A DNA stretch of 64,000 nucleotides, taken from assembly GCA_964057225.1 (NCBI GenBank), contig OZ059900.1, forward strand, positions 17,050,001-17,114,000. The letters are read 5' to 3'. The stretch comes from Auanema rhodensis. Lineage: Eukaryota; Animalia; Nematoda. The notes below the pieces were generated by a model that worked only from the letters and a program-made list of their open reading frames with translations, did no database searches and was not told where the DNA came from. The position numbers and the translations under genes were made by a program. Shown piece by piece: positions 54,301 through 64,000 of the stretch (the first letter of the stretch is position 1; each line of letters starts with the position of its first letter).

Positions 54301-57300
54301 AAAAAAACAGGGGTTAGAAAATTAAGGAAATTAGCATATTCTGAGGGCACGCCCTTTATGGCTAATATTGATTAAATCGATTTTTGTTCATATGAGTCGT
54401 CAAATGCAACGAATTTCAGCGTGTTACATACTAAAATGAAGCATTTTACATGCTGAACACTAGAAAAATACAAAAACACAGTATTTCCCATGAGAAATAT
54501 TTTATTATGCTGGAAAACCAGTTTTTGAAAATTTCGCTGTAAACAAGGTTTTGACTTACGATTTCATGTGTTCAAACTCATGCAATGTCAATGAAACCTA
54601 GCTCAAAATTGTTCCTACAACGTCTAGTTCCACTTTCACGACAAAAAAACAGGGGTTAGAAAATTAAGGAAATTAGCATATTCTGAGGGCACGCCCTTTA
54701 TGGCTAATATTGATTAAATCGATTTTTGTTCATATGAGTCGTCAAATGCAACGAATTTCAGCGTGTTACATACTAAAATGAAGCATTTTACATGCTGAAC
54801 ACTAGAAAAATACAAAAACACAGTATTTCCCATGAGAAATATTTTATTATGCTGGAAAACCAGTTTTTGGAAATTTCGCTGTAAACAAGGTTTTGACTTA
54901 CGATTTCATGTGTTCAAACTCATGCAATGTCAATGAAACCTAGCTCAAAATTGTTCGTACAACGTCTAGTTCCACTTTCACGACAAAAAAACAGGGGTTA
55001 GAAAATTAAGGAAATTAGCATATTCTGAGGGCACGCCCCTTATGGCTAATATTGATTAAATCGATTTTTGTTCATATGAGTCGTCAAATGCAACGAATTT
55101 CAGCGTGTTACGTACTAAAATGAAGCATTTTACATGCTGAACACTAGAAAAATACAAAAACACAGTATTTCTCATGAGAAATATTTTATTATGCTGGAAA
55201 ACCAGTTTTTGGAAATTTCGCTGTAAACAAGGTTTTGACTTACGATTTCATGTGTTCAAACTCATGCAATGTCAATGAAACCTAGCTCAAAATTGTTCCT
55301 ACAACGTCTAGTTCCACTTTCACGACAAAAAAACAGGGGTTAGAAAATTAAGGAAATTAGCATATTCTGAGGGCACGCCCTTTATGGCTAATATTGATTA
55401 AATCGATTTTTGTTCATATGAGTCGTCAAATGCAACGAATTTCAGCGTGTTACATACTAAAATGAAGCATTTTACATGCTGAACACTAGAAAAATACAAA
55501 AACACAGTATTTCCCATGAGAAATATTTTATTATGCTGGAAAACCAGTTTTTGGAAATTTCGCTGTAAACAAGGTTTTGACTTACGATTTCATGTGTTCA
55601 AACTCATGCAATGTCAATGAAACCTAGCTCAAAATTGTTCGTACAACGTCTAGTTCCACTTTCACGACAAAAAAACAGGGGTTAGAAAATTAAGGAAATT
55701 AGCATATTCTGAGGGCACGCCCCTTATGGCTAATATTGATTAAATCGATTTTTGTTCATATGAGTCGTCAAATGCAACGAATTTCAGCGTGTTACATACT
55801 AAAATGAAGCATTTTACATGCTGAACACTAGAAAAATACAAAAACACAGTATTTCCCATGAGAATAATTTTATTATGCTGGAAAACCAGTTTTTGGAAAT
55901 TTCGCTGTAAACAAGGTTTTGACTTACGATTTCATGTGTTCAAACTCATGCAATGTCAATGAAACCTAGCTCAAAATTGTTCGTACAACGTCTAGTTCCA
56001 CTTTCACGACAAAAAAACAGGGGTTAGAAAATTAAGGAAATTAGCATATTCTGAGGGCACGCCCCTTATGGCTAATATTGATTAAATCGATTTTTGTTCA
56101 TATGAGTCGTCAAATGCAACGAATTTCAGCGTGTTACATACTAAAATGAAGCATTTTACATGCTGAACACTAGAAAAATACAAAAACACAGTATTTCCCA
56201 TGAGAAATATTTTATTATGCTGGAAAACCAGTTTTTGGAAATTTCGCTGTAAACAAGGTTTTGACTTACGATTTCATGTGTTCAAACTCATGCAATGTCA
56301 ATGAAACCTAGCTCAAAATTGTTCGTACAACGACTAGTTCCACTTTCACGACAAAAAAACAGGGGTTAGAAAATTAAGGAAATTAGCATATTCTGAGGGC
56401 ACGCCCCTTATGGCTAATATTGATTAAATCGATTTTTGTTCATATGAGTCGTCAAATGCAACGAATTTCAGCGTGTTACATACTAAAATGAAGCATTTTA
56501 CATGCTGAACACTAGAAAAATACAAAAACACAGTATTTCCCATGAGAAATATTTTATTATGCTGGAAAACCAGTTTTTGAAAATTTCGCTGTAAACAAGG
56601 TTTTGACTTACGATTTCATGTGTTCAAACTCATGCAATGTCAATGAAACCTAGCTCAAAATTGTTCCTACAACGTCTAGTTCCACTTTCACGACAAAAAA
56701 ACAGGGGTTAGAAAATTAAGGAAATTAGCATATTCTGAGGGCACGCCCCTTATGGCTAATATTGATTAAATCGATTTTTGTTCATATGAGTCGTCAAATG
56801 CAACGAATTTCAGCGTGTTACATACTAAAATGAAGCATTTTACATGCTGAACACTAGAAAAATACAAAAACACAGTATTTCCCATGAGAAATATTTTATT
56901 ATGCTGGAAAACCAGTTTTTGGAAATTTCGCTGTAAACAAGGTTTTGACTTACGATTTCATGTGTTCAAACTCATGCAATGTCAATGAAACCTAGCTCAA
57001 AATTGTTCGTACAACGTCTAGTTCCACTTTCACGACAAAAAAACAGGGGTTAGAAAATTAAGGAAATTAGCATATTCTGAGGGCACGCCCCTTATGGCTA
57101 ATATTGATTAAATCGATTTTTGTTCATATGAGTCGTCAAATGCAACGAATTTCAGCGTGTTACATACTAAAATGAAGCATTTTACATGCTGAACACTAGA
57201 AAAATACAAAAACACAGTATTTCCCATGAGAAATATTTTATTATGCTGGAAAACCAGTTTTTGGAAATTTCGCTGTAAACAAGGTTTTGACTTACGATTT

Positions 57301-57457
57301 CATGTGTTCAAACTCATGCAATGTCAATGAAACCTAGCTCAAAATTGTTCCTACAACGTCTAGTTCCACTTTCACGACAAAAAAACAGGGGTTAGAAAAT
57401 TAAGGAAATTAGCATATTCTGAGGGCACGCCCTTTATGGCTAATATTGATTAAATCG
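51302..57457. repeat. 9-monomer (3078 bp) tandem duplication, M151-159 = M160-168
   Basis: G149A (M151/160, M157/166), A49G+C109T (M153/162), GAATAAT (M155/164) and GACTAG (M156/165) all recur at 3078 bp. Confidence 0.9.
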
Positions 57458-59167
57458 ATTTTTGTTCATATGAGTCGTCAAATGCAACGAATTTCAGCGT
57501 GTTACATACTAAAATGAAGCATTTCACATGCTGAACACTAGAAAAATACAAAAACACAGTATTTCCCATGAGAAATATTTTATTATGCTGGAAAACCAGT
57601 TTTTGGAAATTTCGCTGTAAACAAGGTTTTGACTTACGATTTCATGTGTTCAAACTCATGCAATGTCAATGAAACCTAGCTCAAAATTGTTCGTACAACG
57701 TCTGGTTCCACTTTCACGACAAAAAAACAGGGGTTAGAAAATTAAGGAAATTAGCATATTCTGAGGGCACGCCCCTTATGGCTAATATTGATTAAATCGA
57801 TTTTTGTTCATATGAGTCGTCAAATGCAACGAATTTCAGCGTGTTACATACTAAAATGAAGCATTTTACATGCTGAACACTAGAAAAATACAAAAACACA
57901 GTATTTCCCATGAGAAATATTTTATTATGCTGGAAAACCAGTTTTTGGAAATTTCGCTGTAAACAAGGTTTTGACTTACGATTTCATGTGTTCAAACTCA
58001 TGCAATGTCAATGAAACCTAGCTCAAAATTGTTCCTACAACGTCTAGTTCCACTTTCACGACAAAAAAACAGGGGTTAGAAAATTAAGGAAATTAGCATA
58101 TTCTGAGGGCACGCCCTTTATGGCTAATATTGATTAAATCGATTTTTGTTCATATGAGTCGTCAAATGCAACGAATTTCAGCGTGTTACATACTAAAATG
58201 AAGCATTTTACATGCTGAACACTAGAAAAATACAAAAACACAGTATTTCCCATGAGAAATATTTTATTATGCTGGAAAACCAGTTTTTGGAAATTTCGCT
58301 GTAAACAAGGTTTTGACTTACGATTTCATGTGTTTAAACTCATGCAATGTCAATGAAACCTAGCTCAAAATTGTTAATACAATGTCTAGTTCCACTTTCA
58401 CGACAAAAAAACAGGGGTTAGAAAATTAAGGAAATTAGCATATTCTGAGGGCACGCCCCTTATGGCTAATATTGATTAAATCGATTTTTGTTCATATGAG
58501 TCGTCAAATGCAACGAATTTCAGCGTGTTACATACTAAAATGAAGCATTTTACATGCTGAACACTAGAAAAATACAAAAACACAGTATTTCCCATGAGAA
58601 ATATTTTATTATGCTGGAAAACCAGTTTTTGGAAATTTCGCTGTAAACAAGGTTTTGACTTACGATTTCATGTGTTCAAACTCATGCAATGTCAATGAAA
58701 CCCAGCTCAAAATTGTTCGTACAACGTCTAGTTCCACTTTCACGACAAAAAAACAGGGGTTAGAAAATTAAGGAAATTAGCATATTCTGAGGGCACGCCC
58801 CTTATGGCTAATATTGATTAAATCGATTTTTGTTCATATGAGTCGTCAAATGCAACGAATTTCAGCGTGTTACATACTAAAATGAAGCATTTTACATGCT
58901 GAACACTAGAAAAATACAAAAACACAGTATTTCCCATGAGAAATATTTTATTATGCTGGAAAACCAGTTTTTGGAAATTTCGCTGTAAACAAGGTTTTGA
59001 CTTACGATTTCATGTGTTCAAACTCATGCAATGTCAATGAAACCTAGCTCAAAATTGTTCGTACAACGTCTAGTTCCACTTTCACGACAAAAAAACAGGG
59101 GTTAGAAAATTAAGGAAATTAGCATATTCTGAGGGCACGCCCCTTATGGCTAATATTGATTAAATCG

Positions 59168-61219
59168 ATTTTTGTTCATATGAGTCGTCAAATGCAACGA
59201 ATTTCAGCGTGTTACATACTAAAATGAAGCATTTTACATGCTGAACACTAGAAAAATACAAAAACACAGTATTTCCCATGAGAAATATTTTATTATGCTG
59301 GAAAACCAGTTTTTGAAAATATCGCTGTAAACAAGGTTTTGACTTACGATTTCATGTGTTCAAACTCATGCAATGTCAATGAAACCTAGCTCAAAATTGT
59401 TCCTACAACGTCTAGTTCCACTTTCACGACAAAAAAACAGGGGTTAGAAAATTAAGGAAATTAGCATATTCTGAGGGCACGCCCCTTATGGCTAATATTG
59501 ATTAAATCGATTTTTGTTCATATGAGTCGTCAAATGCAACGAATTTCAGCGTGTTACATACTAAAATGAAGCATTTTACATGCTGAACACTAGAAAAATA
59601 CAAAAACACAGTATTTCCCATGAGAAATATTTTATTATGCTGGAAAACCAGTTTTTGGAAATTTCGCTGTAAACAAGGTTTTGACTTACGATTTCATGTG
59701 TTCAAACTCATGCAATGTCAATGAAACCTAGCTCAAAATTGTTCCTACAACGTCTAGTTCCACTTTCACGACAAAAAAACAGGGGTTAGAAAATTAAGGA
59801 AATTAGCATATTCTGAGGGCACGCCCTTTATGGCTAATATTGATTAAATCGATTTTTGTTCATATGAGTCGTCAAATGCAACGAATTTCAGCGTGTTACA
59901 TACTAAAATGAAGCATTTCACATGCTGAACACTAGAAAAATACAAAAACACAGTATTTCCCATGAGAAATATTTTATTATGCTGGAAAACCAGTTTTTGG
60001 AAATTTCGCTGTAAACAAGGTTTTGACTTACGATTTCATGTGTTCAAACTCATGCAATGTCAATGAAACCTAGCTCAAAATTGTTCGTACAACGTCTAGT
60101 TCCACTTTCACGACAAAAAAACAGGGGTTAGAAAATTAAGGAAATTAGCATATTCTGAGGGCACGCCCCTTATGGCTAATATTGATTAAATCGATTTTTG
60201 TTCATATGAGTCGTCAAATGCAACGAATTTCAGCGTGTTACATACTAAAATGAAGCATTTTACATGCTGAACACTAGAAAAATACAAAAACACAGTATTT
60301 CCCATGAGAAATATTTTATTATGCTGGAAAACCAGTTTTTGAAAATATCGCTGTAAACAAGGTTTTGACTTACGATTTCATGTGTTCAAACTCATGCAAT
60401 GTCAATGAAACCTAGCTCAAAATTGTTCCTACAACGTCTAGTTCCACTTTCACGACAAAAAAACAGGGGTTAGAAAATTAAGGAAATTAGCATATTCTGA
60501 GGGCACGCCCCTTATGGCTAATATTGATTAAATCGATTTTTGTTCATATGAGTCGTCAAATGCAACGAATTTCAGCGTGTTACATACTAAAATGAAGCAT
60601 TTTACATGCTGAACACTAGAAAAATACAAAAACACAGTATTTCCCATGAGAAATATTTTATTATGCTGGAAAACCAGTTTTTGGAAATTTCGCTGTAAAC
60701 AAGGTTTTGACTTACGATTTCATGTGTTCAAACTCATGCAATGTCAATGAAACCTAGCTCAAAATTGTTCCTACAACGTCTAGTTCCACTTTCACGACAA
60801 AAAAACAGGGGTTAGAAAATTAAGGAAATTAGCATATTCTGAGGGCACGCCCTTTATGGCTAATATTGATTAAATCGATTTTTGTTCATATGAGTCGTCA
60901 AATGCAACGAATTTCAGCGTGTTACATACTAAAATGAAGCATTTCACATGCTGAACACTAGAAAAATACAAAAACACAGTATTTCCCATGAGAAATATTT
61001 TATTATGCTGGAAAACCAGTTTTTGGAAATTTCGCTGTAAACAAGGTTTTGACTTACGATTTCATGTGTTCAAACTCATGCAATGTCAATGAAACCTAGC
61101 TCAAAATTGTTCGTACAACGTCTAGTTCCACTTTCACGACAAAAAAACAGGGGTTAGAAAATTAAGGAAATTAGCATATTCTGAGGGCACGCCCCTTATG
61201 GCTAATATTGATTAAATCG
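59168..61219. repeat. 3-monomer tandem duplication, M174-176 = M177-179
   Basis: The order GAAAATATC+G236C / G236C+C318T / T68C occurs twice in succession. Confidence 0.8.
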
Positions 61220-63271
61220 ATTTTTGTTCATATGAGTCGTCAAATGCAACGAATTTCAGCGTGTTACATACTAAAATGAAGCATTTTACATGCTGAACAC
61301 TAGAAAAATACAAAAACACAGTAATACCCATGAGAAATATTTTATTATGCTGGAAAACCAGTTTTTGGAAATTTCGCTGTAAACAAGGTTTTGACTTACG
61401 ATTTCATGTGTTCAAACTCATGCAATGTCAATGAAACCTAGCTCAAAATTGTTCGTACAACGTCTAGTTCCACTTTCACGACAAAAAAACAGGGGTTAGA
61501 AAATTAAGGAAATTAGCATATTCTGAGGGCACGCCCCTTATGGCTAATATTGATTAAATCGATTTTTGTTCATATGAGTCGTCAAATGCAACGAATTTCA
61601 GCGTGTTACATACTAAAATGAAGCATTTTACATGCTGAACACTAGAAAAATACAAAAACACAGTAATACCCATGAGAAATATTTTATTATGCTGGAAAAC
61701 CAGTTTTTGGAAATTTCGCTGTAAACAAGGTTTTGACTTACGATTTCATGTGTTCAAACTCATGCAATGTCAATGAAACCTAGCTCAAAATTGTTCCTAT
61801 AACGTCTAGTTCCACTTTCACGACAAAAAAACAGGGGTTAGAAAATTAAGGAAATTAGCATATTCTGAGGGCACGCCCTTTATGGCTAATATTGATTAAA
61901 TCGATTTTTGTTCATATGAGTCGTCAAATGCAACGAATTTCAGCGTGTTACATACTAAAATGAAGCATTTCACATGCTGAACACTAGAAAAATACAAAAA
62001 CACAGTATTTCCCATGAGAAATATTTTATTATGCTGGAAAACCAGTTTTTGGAAATTTCGCTGTAAACAAGGTTTTGACTTACGATTTCATGTGTTCAAA
62101 CTCATGCAATGTCAATGAAACCTAGCTCAAAATTGTTCGTACAACGTCTAGTTCCACTTTCACGACAAAAAAACAGGGGTTAGAAAATTAAGGAAATTAG
62201 CATATTCTGAGGGCACGCCCCTTATGGCTAATATTGATTAAATCGATTTTTGTTCATATGAGTCGTCAAATGCAACGAATTTCAGCGTGTTACATACTAA
62301 AATGAAGCATTTTACATGCTGAACACTAGAAAAATACAAAAACACAGTAATACCCATGAGAAATATTTTATTATGCTGGAAAACCAGTTTTTGGAAATTT
62401 CGCTGTAAACAAGGTTTTGACTTACGATTTCATGTGTTCAAACTCATGCAATGTCAATGAAACCCAGCTCAAAATTGTTCGTACAACGTCTAGTTCCACT
62501 TTCACGACAAAAAAACAGGGGTTAGAAAATTAAGGAAATTAGCATATTCTGAGGGCACGCCCTTTATGGCTAATATTGATTAAATCGATTTTTGTTCATA
62601 TGAGTCGTCAAATGCAACGAATTTCAGCGTGTTACATACTAAAATGAAGCATTTTACATGCTGAACACTAGAAAAATACAAAAACACAGTATTTCCCATG
62701 AGAAATATTTTATTATGCTGGAAAACCAGTTTTTGGAAATTTCGCTGTAAACAAGGTTTTGACTTACGATTTCATGTGTTCAAACTCATGCAATGTCAAT
62801 GAAACCTAGCTCAAAATTGTTCCTACAACGTCTAGTTCCACTTTCACGACAAAAAAACAGGGGTTAGAAAATTAAGGAAATTAGCATATTCTGAGGGCAC
62901 GCCCTTTATGGCTAATATTGATTGAATCGATTTTTGTTCATATGAGTCGTCAAATGCAACGAATTTCAGCGTGTTACATACTAAAATGAAGCATTTTACA
63001 TGCTGAACACTAGAAAAATACAAAAACACAGTATTTCCCATGAGAAATATTTTATTATGCTGGAAAACCAGTTTTTGGAAATTTCGCTGTAAACAAGGTT
63101 TTGACTTACGATTTCATGTGTTCAAACTCATGCAATGTCAATGAAACCTAGCTCAAAATTGTTCGTACAACGTCTAGTTCCACTTTCACGACAAAAAAAC
63201 AGGGGTTAGAAAATTAAGGAAATTAGCATATTCTGAGGGCACGCCCCTTATGGCTAATATTGATTAAATCG

Positions 63272-63955
63272 ATTTTTGTTCATATGAGTCGTCAAATGCA
63301 ACGAATTTCAGCGTGTTACGTACTAAAATGAAGCATTTTACATGCTGAACACTAGAAAAATACAAAAACACAGTATTTCCCATGAGAAAAATTTTATTAT
63401 GCTGGAAAACCAGTTTTTGGAAATTTCGCTGTAAACAAGGTTTTGACTTACGATTTCATGTGTTCAAACTCATGCAATGTCAATGAAACCTAGCTCAAAA
63501 TTGTTCCTACAACGTCTAGTTCCACTTTTACGACAAAAAAACAGGGGTTAGAAAATTAAGGAAATTAGCATATTCTGAGGGCACGCCCCTTATGGCTAAT
63601 ATTGATTAAATCGATTTTTGTTCATATGAGTCGTCAAATGCAACGAATTTCAGCGTGTTACGTACTAAAATGAAGCATTTTACATGCTGAACACTAGAAA
63701 AATACAAAAACACAGTATTTCCCATGAGAAAAATTTTATTATGCTGGAAAACCAGTTTTTGGAAATTTCGCTGTAAACAAGGTTTTGACTTACGATTTCA
63801 TGTGTTCAAACTCATGCAATGTCAATGAAACCTAGCTCAAAATTGTTCCTACAACGTCTAGTTCCACTTTTACGACAAAAAAACAGGGGTTAGAAAATTA
63901 AGGAAATTAGCATATTCTGAGGGCACGCCCCTTATGGCTAATATTGATTAAATCG
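63272..63955. repeat. Single-monomer tandem duplication, M186 = M187
   Basis: Both monomers carry A49G, GAGAAAAATTTT, G236C and CTTTTACG. The GAGAAAAATTTT and CTTTTACG variants were not seen elsewhere. Confidence 0.88.
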
Positions 63956-64000
63956 ATTTTTGTTCATATGAGTCGTCAAATGCAACGAATTTCAGCGTGT

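Larger units (their letters stand above)
1..64000. repeat. Tandem satellite DNA array, 342-bp monomer, about 187 head-to-tail copies, extending beyond both window edges
   Basis: ATTTTTGTTCATATGAGTCG recurs at 1, 343, 685, 1027 and onward to 63956 with a period of 342. The register shifts only at five 1-bp indels. No non-satellite sequence or orientation switch was seen. Copies are typically at least 98% identical to the consensus. Confidence 0.99.

Noticed and set aside
62844-63041. 65-aa minus-strand ORF (MGNTVFLYF...)
   Set aside because: It is ordinary satellite sequence. A private A>G at 62924 changes the minus-strand TAA, present in the other monomers, to CAA and extends a 39-codon frame. 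It shows no recognisable protein similarity or gene context.
1-64000. CRISPR array or repeat-spacer system
   Set aside because: There are no unique spacers. The entire 342-bp unit is repeated nearly identically and no cas or other genes are present.
1-64000. Embedded transposon, inversion or hidden non-repeat island
   Set aside because: The monomer register can be followed continuously from 1 to 63956 with only five 1-bp shifts, which leaves no room for an insertion or a strand switch.

Overview
The whole 64,000-bp window is one uninterrupted, head-to-tail tandem satellite array. It holds about 187.1 copies of a 342-bp monomer that is about 34% GC (116/342 by hand count). All copies lie in the same orientation and each differs from the consensus at only about 0-6 positions. 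I found five 1-bp indels (near 3513, 8985, 21419, 21861 and 39990). I found no credible gene, RNA gene, transposon insertion, inversion or CRISPR array. The single ORF in the track is an accident of one stop-removing substitution (A>G at 62924). The organisation looks like eukaryotic (peri)centromeric or other heterochromatic satellite DNA, but I cannot name the family or species from the sequence alone. Two layers of structure are informative. First, reading the diagnostic variants monomer by monomer shows a mosaic of recent higher-order duplications (periods of 16, 3, 11, 3 x4, 5, 8, 9, 3 and 1 monomers) over an older recurring monomer order. Second, the monomer is rich in dyad symmetry, and several variants convert quasi-palindromes into more perfect ones. 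Monomers are numbered M1 (start 1) to M188 (partial, start 63956), and 'pos' means position within the 342-bp monomer. All variant calls were made by eye and should be confirmed by alignment.
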